Origin: Cyanophora paradoxa CCMP329
Lineage: Eukaryota > Plantae > Glaucophyta
Assembly: GCA_004431415.1 (NCBI GenBank)
Contig: QPMI01000195.1
Coordinates: 143,790-207,789, forward strand
Length of the DNA stretch: 64,000 nucleotides
Direction of reading: 5' to 3'
How positions within the stretch are numbered: position 1 is the first letter of the stretch; each line of letters opens with the position of its first letter. A program made the translations under genes and the position numbers. Below, piece by piece: positions 12,095 to 23,889 of this stretch. The notes beneath the pieces were generated by a model. That model saw only the letters and a list, made by a program, of their open reading frames with translations, ran no database searches and was not told the DNA's origin.

Positions 12095-12362
12095 TTTAGC
12101 CGTAGTTTTAAATTGCCGTGTTAGCCGTAGTTTTAAATTGCCGTGAGTTACCGAGAGGCTGAATTCGGCAATTTTAAGCATCGGCAATGTTGCTGGGACC
12201 CTGGGGGTTGGGGTTTTCCTAGGCCGTAACAGAGCAGAATTTAAATTCGGCAATTTATCGCCACGCCGTGACGGCAATTTCCGAATTTAAATTCGGCAAT
12301 TTATCGCCACGCCGTGACGGCAGAATTTAAATTCGGCAATTTATCGCCACGCCGTGACGGCC
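12095..12362. repeat. AAATTGCCG/CGGCAATTT-motif repeat family fragment with local tandem duplications
   Basis: 25-bp unit x2 and ~40-46-bp unit x3. Related sequence at 35341-35395 and, inverted, at 46643-46716. Confidence 0.7.
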
Positions 12363-15300
12363 TGGGCGGCAGCCGTCGAACGACGCCATCCACGATCTCG
12401 TAGCCCTTCATCTCGCGTTCGAGGCCCGACTTGGCTCGCAAGCAGTGTTCGCACGTGATCTGATCTTCCACGAGGTCCAGCCCCTTGTGCGAGCGGCAGC
12501 GTGCCGGGTTCACCCCTCGCAGGATGAAGTCCCGCACGCGTTGACACCACGGGTCGTTCCGCTGCTCCAGCGTCATCGCCGTCGCGTCGGAGACGTGTCG
12601 GCGTAGCCTATCCGGGACTGGCGGGTCGACACTGCGCCGAGCGCCCTCCGCCCACGTGTCCACGACAGGCACATCGAGCGTCACGTCGATTGGTCGAACG
12701 CGGTCGCCCGTCGGGCCGTACAGGGGTGCCACGAAGCCCGGTGTAACCCGGACTGCGCCCGCCTCCGCGTCGCTGCGGACGGACGCCGCCCCGTCGCGCG
12801 CCTCCTGTGGGAGCTGTTTCCACTGCCCGCGCTTGCGGGGTCTGCGAGGCTGCTGCTCCGCTTGGGGGGGGTCCAGCTGAGCCGACGCCCTCGTCGGCGG
12901 CCGCGTCCGCGTCCGCTGCCGCGTACTCCGGGATTGAAGACGGCGCAATCGAGTACCGCCCTTGTCGCGACTTCCAGCCTCGGAGGCGCTTGCGTTGCAG
13001 CTGTGACGCCGCGTAGCTAGCGCGCTCCTCCTCCGTCGCCAGCGCTGGCCTCGGCTTGCCCTCGAGCGTCTTGCCGCCGTACAAGTACGCCTTGCGCGCG
13101 CGCCGCTGGGCCCGTTTCTCCGTTGGAGAGCGCGGGCCGCCATCCCTGTCGAAGACTTGTGGCGTGAGGTTCGGGTGGTCACCGTCGACGTCGGAGTCAC
13201 GCCGAGGCCGCGGGTTCTCCGGGTCGAAGTCGTGGAGCTCCGCCTCCGAGAGCGGTAGCGGGTCCGCCATGCGCCGCGCAGCCTCCTCGTTGCCGTACAG
13301 GGCGCCGCTGACCAACGAGCTCATCGCTGTCGACGCCTCGGATGGGGGCGCCGGGAGCTGGGCCCGCCGCGTCCGGGGGCGGGGTCCGGGTGCCGTCCGC
13401 CAAGCCGGTCCGAGAGACGACGCCAGGTTGTGCTGCTCGCGCCGCCGTGTCCGCTGCACCGCCTCCTCGGCGTCTGCTGAAGCCGGTCGTGCTCGCTTCG
13501 GCTCCGGCGGTCCGTCCGGGAAGTTGATGTTCAGCCAGGCGTCGACGTCGATCGCGTTGGCCGCCGACGGGCCCGTCGTTCGCCGTCTCGGAGCCGTTGA
13601 CTGCCAGGCCGGGCCCAGCGTGTCGCCGAGGTTGAGGAGCTCGCGGGGTTGGCGCCGTGGTGGCTGCAGAGCCGCCTCGCCCTCCGGTGTCGTCCGTGCC
13701 ATTCGCACCGCTTCGAGCGCCGGGTCAGTCCGGAGCGGCCGGACGAAGTACATGCCGATCGGCTCGTCGGGGTCTCCAGGAACGGGGACAGCGAAGCCCT
13801 TGGCCCCCGCCGCCGCTCCCGGGGCGTTCTCCGAGCCGTCTGCCTCGCCGTTGTAGACGGGATGGGACAGTGGCGCCCGCGTCAGGGCGTCCGGCGCGCT
13901 GTTGCTCGTGCCCTTGCAGTGCTTGATGGTGTAGTTGTAGCCTTGCAAGTACATGGCCACCTTCGCCAGGTAGCGGTTCGCTGGCTGGCGGAGGTCGGTG
14001 TTCCGCAGTGACAGCAGCGGTTCGTGATCCGTGTGGATCTCGAACGGCTGGTTGCACTCGAAGTAGTGGTGCCACTGCTTGAGGGCCCACAGCAGCGTCA
14101 TCGCCTCGCCTTCAACCGCGCCGTAGTTCCGCTCTGAGTCGCTGCAGGTACGGCTGCTGAAGGTGAGGGGCCGGACGTTCGAGGCCGCGTCGGCCTGGTG
14201 CAGGATGGCGCCCATCGCCTGCTTGCTCCAGTCCGTCGTGATGATGAACGGCCGGGTCGGGTCGTTGAAGTGGGGGAAGGGGAGGGCGACGTCTTCGATG
14301 AGGATCCGTTGCAGCTCCTTGAAGGCCTCGCGGCAGGCGTCGGTCCACGCCTCGGCGAACGACTGCGCCGAACCCCGTCGCTTCAAGATGTCGTAGAGCG
14401 GCTGGGCGATGCGCGCGTAGTTGCGGACGAAGCGCCGGTAGTAGCCCGTCAAGCCGACGAAGGAGTGGAGGTTGTCGACGTTGTTGGGCTCCGGCCACTT
14501 GGCGATCATGTCCATCTTCTTCTTGTCCTTGCGCACGCCGTCGCCGGAGACGCGGTGCCCCAGAAGCTCGATCTCGCGCACCATGAAGCGGCACTTGCTA
14601 GGCTTGAGCTTCAAGTTGCCGCGTTCCACAGCTGCGAAGAACGCCTCGAGGTCGAGGAGGTGCTGATCGACCGTTGAGGAGAAGATGGTGAGGTCGTCGA
14701 CGTACGCCACAACGCAAGTCGACAGGAGCGGTCCCATGATGGACGAGATCGCCCGACAGAACGCCGACGGCCCATTCATCACACCGAACGGGGTCACTTT
14801 CCATTGGTAGCATCCCCATGGAACGAGGAACGTGGTGTACTTGCGCGACTCCTCCGACAACGGCAGCTGCCAGAAGCCCGACGTCGCGTCGCAGGTCGAG
14901 AACACGCGCGCGTGGCGCAGGCGCTCCAGCTGGTCGTCGATGCGAGGTAGGGGGAAGACGTCACGTGGCGCCAGCACCACGGGCGAGCCGTAACCCGCCT
15001 GTGACGGCTCGATGAGGTCGTCCCGGAGCAGCTTCTCGATCTCCTTGCGTGTCGCCTCCTCCGCTGTTGGCGACATGCGACGCGGATGCGTGTAGAGAGG
15101 GAGATGCGTCTTGTTGACATCCGGCAACAGCGTCAGCGAATGTTCGAACTTGAGGAGGTCGCGCGGGTCGAGCCTGTTGGTAAACGAGCGTTGGTTCTTG
15201 TTGAGGAGCGTCGCGAGTCGCTGCAGGTGCAGCTTCTGCGTCTCCGGCAGCTGGTCGGCCGCCGACGCCTCCAGTAACGAAGCCAACGCCTCCTTCCAGA

Positions 15301-16168
15301 CTTGCTCCGGCGGCTTCTCGTCCGGCGGCTTGTCGGACGTCGGGGGGTCCATCGCGCCTGTGCTGAACGCCGTCTGACGCACCGCGACGGCGGCTCCACT
15401 GGTCGTGTTGCCGTCTGCAGCTGTTGCGTGTTTGTCTCGCCATTGCTTGACTAGCAGTCGCAAGTCGGCGATGTGGACGCGCGCCGCCTCGGCGTCAGTG
15501 TCGGTGCGGTTGGCCATCAACGTGGACCATTTGTCGAGAGCCTTGTCGAGCTCGACGACCTCCTCGGCTGTCAGCGGGGTGGGGTCCTCCTCGACGTCGT
15601 CGAGGTTGGTGCGCGTGAAACACGACGGCCACGTCTGGCGCGCGACGCGTCGGAAGTGCTTGGGGCCGACTCGTCGCGTGACAACGACGGGTTTGGCTGC
15701 CTGAAGGATTCGACGGGCGGCCGCGCGGCGCTGGTCGTTGGTCCATGTTGACGACGGGCCCGCAGGGAAGGGGGTCGCGTCGGGAGTGAAATCGCCCTCC
15801 GGCCAGCGGCCGAACTCCGCGTAGCCGACGATGGTGCCCTCGGCGAGTTTGAGAGGTTTGCGGGAGGGGTTGCAGATGTGGACGGTGAGGTGGCGGACTG
15901 TGCGGGAGGCGTGGCGCCAGAGTTGAGCGGGGGTTGTGAAGGAGGGGGGGAGGAAGGGCGTCTCGTCGCCCTGCAAGATCACTGACGAGTCTGGCGGCGG
16001 GCCACCGTCGTACTCCGGTGCCGCCGTGATGCGAACTTCATCTTTGTCCACAGGGAGCAAGCCGTGCATGTCGGGCACGTAGCCGCGTACCATGGCTTCG
16101 CCTCGGTGGACGGTGGTGGGACGTAGTAAGCGGACCGGAAGGGCCCCTCCCTCTCGGTCCGAAGCTGA
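12361..16168 (-). CDS. pol: Gypsy pol: dUTPase-like relic, reverse transcriptase, RNase H (defective)
   Basis: RT motifs DATSGFWQL, TPFGVMNGPSAF, YVDD, LLGHRVS; RH motifs TDWSKQAMGAIL, NYGAVEGE, TDHEPL, DALTR. In-frame deletion at ~14966 and a frameshift near the G-run at ~12865. Confidence 0.93.
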
Positions 16169-17030
16169 AAAGGGACGAAGTGGAGTTCTTGGTCGTCAGG
16201 CGATGTGACGTGCATGCCCCACTTCTCCGGGGCGCAGCTGATCTGGGCCCGGAGCGCGATGAGCGTCGAGAGTCCCAGGAGCATCTTGACGTCCCCCATC
16301 GAGTTCGCCGTCGTGACGACGAGCGTACGCGCGATGCGTACGGGCCCGATCTGCAGCACCACGTGCGCGGTCCGTCCGTACGTCGTGATGTTGGTCTGGA
16401 ACCCGACCAACGGGACGCGCTCGTCGAGGTACCGGAAGCCCGGGAGGTGCTCCACGACGTCGGCGCTCGCCACGTCCAGCTCCGCCCTATATCTGCACTT
16501 TTGGAGTATTGCAATACTTGGTCGACAGAATCAGTCGATCGACAGAATCAGTCGATCGACTGATTCTGCGCCAGAATCGGTCGACCGAATCAGTCGAATT
16601 TTATCGACTGATTCTGCGCCAGAATCGGTCGACAAAATCAGTCGATCGACAGAATCAGTCGATCGACTGATTCTGCGACAGAATCGGTCGACCGAATCAG
16701 TCGAATTTTATCGACTGATTCTGCGCCAGAATCGGTCGACAAAATCAGTCGATCGACAGAATCAGTCGATCGACTGATTTTGCGCCAGAATCGGTCGACC
16801 GAATCAGTCGAATTTTATCGACTGATTCTGCGCCAGAATCGGTCGACAAAATCAGTCGATCGACAGAATCAGTCGATCGACTGATTTTGCGCCAGAATCG
16901 GTCGACCGAATCAGTCGAATTTTATCGACTGATTCTGTCGCAGATTCTGTCGAAGGTATTGCAATACTCCAAAAGTGCAGATATACCGCCCCGGAGTCGA
17001 TCAAGATCTGCACCGGCTTGCTCTCCTGTG
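15979..17030 (-). CDS. Retropepsin aspartic protease, split by a MITE insertion
   Basis: Removing 16488-16985 plus one TSD copy restores QILIDSGAELDVASADVV...KMLLGLSTL in frame with the upstream long ORF. Confidence 0.9.
16131..16174 (-). promoter_or_regulatory. Putative -1 programmed ribosomal frameshift signal (C CCU UUU, 6-nt spacer, stem-loop)
   Basis: Heptamer 16174-16168 is in the protease frame. Stem CGGACCG/CGGTCCG with inner pairing at 16161-16131. The -1 frame is open into pol. Confidence 0.75.
16488..16985. mobile_element. 498-bp non-autonomous TIR element with 6-bp TSD (IS3EU-like termini)
   Basis: 30-bp perfect TIR TATATCTGCACTTTTGGAGTATTGCAATAC. TSD CCGCCC at 16482-16487 and 16986-16991. 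Interior is four 107-bp self-complementary units. Confidence 0.92.
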
Positions 17031-20000
17031 CCCACCCGTTCGTGCCCAGCGCCGCGATTCTCCCCTCGACGACGAGTCGAGTCGCCCTCAGCCTGTCCAT
17101 CCACGACTGCTCCTGGCGCGCGGCTGCGGTCTTGAGGACCTGTGCTGCGAGCTGCTCACCGACGTCGCCTCCGACAGCGTCCAACACCTGCTTGGCCAGT
17201 TCTTGTGCGAGGATCATGAACGTCGACGGGATCTCCGTAAGCGGCCGGCCCGTCGAGTCGGTGCGCGTTGCCATCACCCGAGATAGCAGCGGGAGACCCG
17301 CGGGCTGGAAGACGAAGTGAGGGTCCGTGCTGGACGTGAGCATGTTGCGATCGACCCGCATCTGCCTGGAGATGGCGTCGGTGCCACGTGAGCGACGGAG
17401 GACGTGGAGCTTCCGCCTCAGTGCCCGTTGCACTGCCGTGCTCGTCGACTGTCCCGCTGCGTCGTCACCGTCGTCGCCGTCTGAGGATATCGATCTCACC
17501 TCGGCCTCCTGCTCTGTCGGCGGTCCGGGTCCGTCGTGACCCCGCCTGTCGCGCTTCCGTGCGCGTCGCTCCTCCGCCAGCGTGCGGCTCCGCGACGGCT
17601 GCCACGCCGACATCACGAGCGGGGTGTCGCGGTGCTTCCCGAAGGCTCCGACTCCCGACTTCTGCAGCACCGTCCGCTGCTTCCGTGGGCCTTCGCCGAA
17701 GCGCATGTGAAAGTAGGGCTTCTCGAACGCCGCGACGGTCACCAGCATGCGAAGGGTACCGTCGACATCGATGCTCGCGAGCGACGCGTCCGCCGCCTCC
17801 AACGTGATGCCCTTGGCCTCCGCGACCCGCGTTGCCGCCTCCACCCGCAGCTGCCTCAGGTTGGAGTTGATGTGCTTGCTGCGCCTGGCGTCGTGACGCA
17901 GGTCGTTGAACCGACGGTCGTCGTCCAGCGTCGTGCGGTTCGCGTAGATGACGTTAACGGCAGCGTGGTCCTCGATGGGAACGTGGAGGGGGCGACGCTT
18001 GTCACATGGCAGCTCGAAGGATTGGGAGATGTTGTTGAAGTCGTTGACGAACTTGGCCAGTTCGGAGACGGTCGAGTCGAAGACATCGCGGTTCACCCCC
18101 GTGAGGCGGGTGTACCACGTGACCGTGTCGGGAACCGTGAGGGCCGTCTCCTTCGGCAGGTCAGGATGCATTGCTCGGGGATCGAGCGGTGGGACTGCAT
18201 TCGCCCGGAGAGTGTCCCGCGTCGTCCATCCGCACGCGTTGCTGACTACCGTGAGGTAGAACGTTGCCTGGCGGTGAATCTCCATGGCCGCCGCCGCCTC
18301 GTCGGACTTGTTGCCGCGCGCCCAGCGCGCCGTCGTTCGCATGATGTAGCTGGCCAGCGAGGTCATGCGATTGATGACGAATTCATGCGACGCCTTGAAC
18401 TGCCCCCAGTCCGTGTTGTCGACTTCCGCGACGAAGTCACGGTCGTGCCACGCGCCGCGTGTTCTGCCCCTCTCCTCCCGCTCGCCGCAACCCGCCAGGA
18501 ACTGAAGCGGTGGTACCGCGTGGTGATCCATCCACGTGTACGCCGTCTTGAGGAAAACGACGTAGCGGAACTCGTTGTACACCATCGTGTGCAGGTAGCG
18601 CTTGATCGTGTCCGAGAGTCCAGATCCTGGGGCGAACGCTGCTCGCGCGATCCGAACCGGCTCCCCGTTGTCGCCTTCCGAGATGTCCGACGCTGCTGTC
18701 TCGTACTCCGACGACGCCGACGCCGTACCGTCGGCTGCAGCCGACTCGGACGGTGCCGTCGTGGTCCCCGGGGCCGTGCTCAGCGTCACAGTCTCCGTGG
18801 TCGCCGCCACCGTGGACGCATCACCTCGCGTGGCCCTGGCGCTGGCCGCCTCCAGCCGTCGCAGCTTCTTGCGCCCCATGCGTGTGCGCGGCTTCTTGGA
18901 CGACGTCGTCGCCGACGAGTTCGCCGACGGGAAAGAGACGCTAGCCGACGAGCTGGTCGACGTTGAGGCCGCTCCGTCACCCTTGCCCTTGCCGCCATCG
19001 CCCTTGCGCTTGCCGCCGGCGCCGTCGCGACCTCCACTGCCACCGCCTCCCGGCGGTCCCGGGGGCCGCCCGCCCGACGGGCCGCCGCCCGGGCGCGGGG
19101 GAAGTGCCACCCACACGCGCTTGTTGTTCACGCTGTTCCAGTGACGAAAGCGGGTTCTTTCGTCCCAGTGGAGACCGGCATCGTAGCGAAGGAACACGTC
19201 CCCTTTGCGCTTCGGCGACTCGTCGCGCCAGTACGTCAACGGGTCCGCTGTCTGGAACGTTGTCGCGATGTCCACCGACTCCGTTACCGAGTTCGTCACC
19301 GCGTCGTACTCCAGCGGGCCTGCCACCGTAATGCGCAGCGTGTAGTCGCCGAAGACGGTCCGGAGCCAAGCCTCCAGTGTCTCCCAGGCCGTATGTCCCG
19401 ACGTCGTCGAGTGCGCCCTGCTCCGCAACAGTGCCTCTACGAAGCGTCGGCGGAGCGGGTCCCGCAAGTCGTTCGAGTCCGTGCTGTGCGTGAGCGCGTG
19501 GTGTGCTGACAGCCACGTGTGGAAGACGTCCAGCCCGAAGCTCGCAACGTGCTCGCGGAGGGTGCTCTCGTCGACGTAGAGTCGAGGGTGCCCGTCGGCC
19601 TCGCCGATGGTGAACGCCTTGGGGGTTGGGACCGCCCAGAGGTTGGCCAGCGACGGCTCCTCTCCTCGCAAGCAACGGTGGAAGCGGATGCTACGCCAGA
19701 ACTGCGTGCCGTGAAGGATCCCCGCTCGTATGCACGCTGCGAGCTGCGCTGTAGACGGGGCTTGCAGGTCGAGGGACGCCAGCTGACTCTGCAGTTCGGT
19801 TGACACGAAGTACGCGCCGTCACTCATCGTCGTTGTCCTCGGCTCCTCGGACGCCGACATGAACGCTGGTTGGCTGCCACCCGGCCCCATACAACAAGTT
19901 TCCTGCACCAGTCGAGAGATCGTGGGGTGAAGGGCCTCAAACGACGTCGGGTCGCTCGCGTGCAAGTTCGCCCCCATTGCCACGAAGAAGGCCGTTGCGT

Positions 20001-23000
20001 ACTGCATGCTCACTCCGTCGTCGGTCAGCGGGAAGATGCCGTAGACGTCCGGGCGGGCCGGGAGCGGGCGAGAGGAGCTGAGGGAGTCGTAGTCGACCCC
20101 CGCGGCCGCGTAGAATCTCCGAGTCTCGTCGAGGTCAGGGGAGCGACCGAGCTTCGTCACCAGCGCGTGCGGCCCAATGTAGTGCCCGTACGTGGACAAG
20201 GGTGCTGTGCCCGGTTCGCCGCGGAGGCCGAGGAGGTTCTGGACGATCTCATGGTGTTGGAGCGCCACCGCTCGAGGGTCCTCCGTGTTGTCCGCGCGTC
20301 GCAGGTAGATGACGGCTTTGGCGAACGGCTTGACCGTCCCCTCCGGGGTCCTGATCCACTGCTCCCTGGGCGGCGGGGACCACGGCTGTACGGTCGCCGG
20401 GAGCTGGGGGCCCTCCTCGGGGAACTCCGCGCAGAGCTCCGTCGGGATCGGGTGCACCGTGATGTTGCCGAAGTGGAATGGCGCGACTTGGTGCACGGCG
20501 TTCGGGGCTGGGGGCTGGCCGAGCTCGTCGAACGCTAGCCTGGTTGGCCAGTCGTAACGCGACATGATTTCTGGACGTCGGAAGTCCTGGAGGAAGTCGA
20601 TCGTCCGACACAAGAGCGTGCCCAAGTTGAAGAGGATCATGCCCTCGCGCATGACGACGGCGCGGAGTGCATCGGCGGACGCGAAGAAGCGCCGGAGCTT
20701 CGGGTCGCGGAGAAAGAGTGCGTCGACGACGCTGAGGCCTGGTACGGTCTCCGGATCCTCCGGTCTCGCCTGCTCCTGCGGCATGCCGAACAACGCCACG
20801 AGGAACTCGGTGAGGTTGGGAACCAGCGCTTGCCCCCGCAGGGCCGTCGCCATGATCGCCGTCGAGAGGACTGTCAGTCCTCTCCGCTCCCTTCGCGGGT
20901 CGGGGACGTGGCTGACGCCCAGGTGCTGATCGATGCGCGCGGAGTTCGGATCTCGGCTCCGTGCACTCCGAGCGAAGTCTTCCGGAAGATCCGCGGCCAT
21001 CAGCATGACAGCGTGGACGTCGTCGTCGCGTTCGTAGGTGACGCTGCTCGACGTCACGGGGAGAAGCTCGCCTGTGCGCGGGTGACTCGGTTTCGTCCAT
21101 ACGTCCGTCGCCCGGACGATGGCGCGAAACTCAGGTCGACTCTTGGACGCGTCCAGGCCCGCCTTCTCGTCCGTGAGCGCGTGGAGCCGCGCCGGCACCG
21201 TTGCCGCCCTCTGGATCTGGACCGAGTAGCGCTGCCAAGGGTCGTCTGCCGATGGGCCCGCTGCGGGCGCTGCAGGGGACGTCTGCAGTGTTGTCAACGG
21301 CGTTGTCGACGAAGCTGGAGTGGTGTCGGGGCCCTCCGGAGCTGTCGTGCGCGTCGCCGCCGCCAGAGCGCCTCGGAAGATGTTGACCGCCCCGAAAGCT
21401 GGTGCTACCCGCCGGCGTCCTTGCGTAGCCTCCACGACCCCCGTTGTCGGCTCCGCGCGGTCCCGCAGGTCCGCGTAGAGCGCCACGCCGTAGTAGCCCC
21501 GCACCGGCTCCGGCACGTCAGCCAAGGCGCCGATGTCCACCTCCTCAGTTCGCAGACGGCGCGGGACGTACGTCTCGTTGCGGATCGCGATGTCGTCGTT
21601 TGTGAGAGCCAGTTCGCCGTGAAGCGCCGCCTTACCCACCACTTGTGCCAGTGGTCCGCCGCGAGTGAGCATGTCCGTCGCGAGGATCGGGCGGTTCACG
21701 AAGCGCCGTACCCCCGGCCAGGCCGGAGGTGCCCGAGCGGAGCCGCCCTGTAGTACCTCCGGCGGCGCCCCCGTGTGGCCCGTGACCCGATTCTCGGGCG
21801 AGCAAGTCGATCCGCCGTCTGCCGGCGGCGGCGTCCGACGCTCTGTCAGCATGTTGTCGTGACCTTGTACGCGCCAGATCCAATCGAGGGCCGAGTGAAG
21901 TTCACGCTCCGGAAATGCGCCCTCCCAGTGCTTCGGGAGGCCAAAGTCGTTGAGGTCCGCGTAGTACCGCCAAGACGCCGGCGGGTGCTGCGGGTCGTGA
22001 CGCTGCAGATGCGCGTGCGGCGCCGGCTTCTGCTTGTGCCAGACATCCCGATCCTCCCACATCACCACTGGGAGACACCGATTGGGGACTACTGGGAAGC
22101 GACTCGCGTAGCGCGGCCCCTTGTCCGGCTCGATCTGTGCCCGGTAGAGCGTGCGGAGCAGTGTCCAGAGCTGCGTGGGGTGGCCCATGATCCGCGCCAG
22201 GGTGTAGCGCTTGAACGTTGTGCTGGCGAGTTTGAGAATCCACGATGCTATCCGAGTGATGATCGACATCGTTTGTCCCGTCGACCACTCCAAAGACAGT
22301 GCTGCCTGCTCGATCGGTCGCGTGAGCTCCTGACGGAGTCGTCGGAAGACGATTTGCTTGAATAGCGCCTGATCGAGTGTTGCCGCCACCGCAGCCGCGT
22401 CGAGCGTCAGGTGTTCGCCTTGCGGCCCGATCTGGATCGTGGAGCACTCGAACGGGGCCGCGTACTTCGTGTCTTCGAAGTGAAGCGTCATCCGGACCGA
22501 AGGCTGTTGCTGCAGCCACGTGAAGAGGACGTTGGGGTAGACCCAGTTCACGTTGCACTGGACGTGAAGCTCGGCCGCGATAGTCGCGACGGCATCCCTC
22601 AGGATCATGTTGTCGTAGCGCAATCGAATCAACGCCGTGGAGTAGGGGAGATGGACAATGGCACGCTGACGGCTCTCGACGCCCTTAGCTGTCGAGAGAT
22701 GCCGAGCCCGCAGCATGCGTTGTTGCACGTACGTCCGCAGCAGCTGCATTCGACGGCCCTGCAGCATGTCGCCGTCGACGATGGAGAGTGGAAGGTCGAT
22801 TGTCATGGAAGTGTCGTAGAGGAGGCTCGCGACCATCTCGATGAAGTTCGACATGCTGTCGGTCTGTTCCAGGTACTGGGTGAACGCCTCACTCCAGCGG
22901 AGTGGTGGTGAGCCGATGGCCGTCTCCGTGAACAGCGTCAGCTCCTCCGGGTCGCCAGTTCGAGGCACTTCCAGCCCCCGCACATCGTCACCGTTGATGA

Positions 23001-23830
23001 CTCTGCCCCGCGCGACCATGTTCAGGAACTGTTCGCCGAGCTCGACCGCGTAGGTCATGGTGTAGGCGCTGGGGAGGTTCAAGTCCAGGATCTCGCCAAA
23101 GCTGAAGAGGCTCTGAAGCCACTGTGGCTGGTATCCGCCGTCCAACAGGTCGCGAGTGAAGTCGTAGCCCGTGTGCCCCAAGGCCATGACGTGCGTCAGC
23201 GCGCAGGCCTGGGCCCGGCATCTCATGAGCAAGGCGGCCGGCAAGTCCGGGCAAGTCTCCACGGCTGGCGGCGTCTCGATGCTACGCGCTGCCAACATGA
23301 GGTAACGGTTCGCCTCCTCCATCGTCTTCGCCGCGCATGCCTGCTCCACGAGTTGCGTGTCGACCGTGATCGGTGCGACTCGAGTTGACCATGCGGCGTT
23401 CTTCCGGCGTGGTGGGGACGTCGGCGAAGTAGTTCTTGGTGTGCGCCACCTTCGTGAACTGGTCGAGCGTTTGCTTGACGTTCGACATCGTCAGCGGGGT
23501 GCCGAAGCTCATGACGACGGCGCCCTTGGCGAGCGTGACCGGCACCGGCGGCTCCGTGTACTGCATCCGCTGGTTGTAGGTCTGCTGCTCCGCCGCCTTC
23601 CGGTTGGTGATGGCCGCGATGTGGGACATGCCCGCCGTCGTCACCGGCGGCGGCCGCCCGAGCCGCCCGGATCCGGAGCTCGAGTGCATCGTAGAGAGGT
23701 AGTAGTTGAAGGGGAGAAAGAAGGGACGGTCAGGGACGAGGCTGTAGCTCGCGGTGCTGGAAGCTGTCCGCGGGCTGGTACGGGGCGACTGTTGGCTGAT
23801 CGCTGGCGAGCCGGCGACGAGCTGAGCCAA
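16986..23830 (-). CDS. Very long Gag-region polyprotein upstream of the protease (two ORFs joined by a 1-nt frameshift near 23350-23480)
   Basis: ORF 16852-23349 (2165 aa, complex composition) runs directly into the protease DSGA motif. ORF 23282-23830 overlaps its 5' end. No CCHC knuckle was seen. Confidence 0.75.
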
Positions 23831-23889
23831 AAATTTTGGCGGAGTCTCCCCCTTCGACAGGCCGAGGAATGCGCGGCGCTGAAGCGGGC

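Larger units (their letters stand above)
12361..23830 (-). mobile_element. Large decayed Ty3/Gypsy LTR retrotransposon internal region (gag-like - PR - RT - RNase H; integrase lost)
   Basis: Domain order PR, RT, RH followed by a pre-integrase QRNDPW segment. Truncated at ~12361. No LTR pair was identified. Confidence 0.9.

Noticed and set aside
16520-16950. CRISPR-like appearance of short palindromic repeats
   Set aside because: No unique spacers and no cas genes. It is the interior of a TIR/TSD-bounded MITE.
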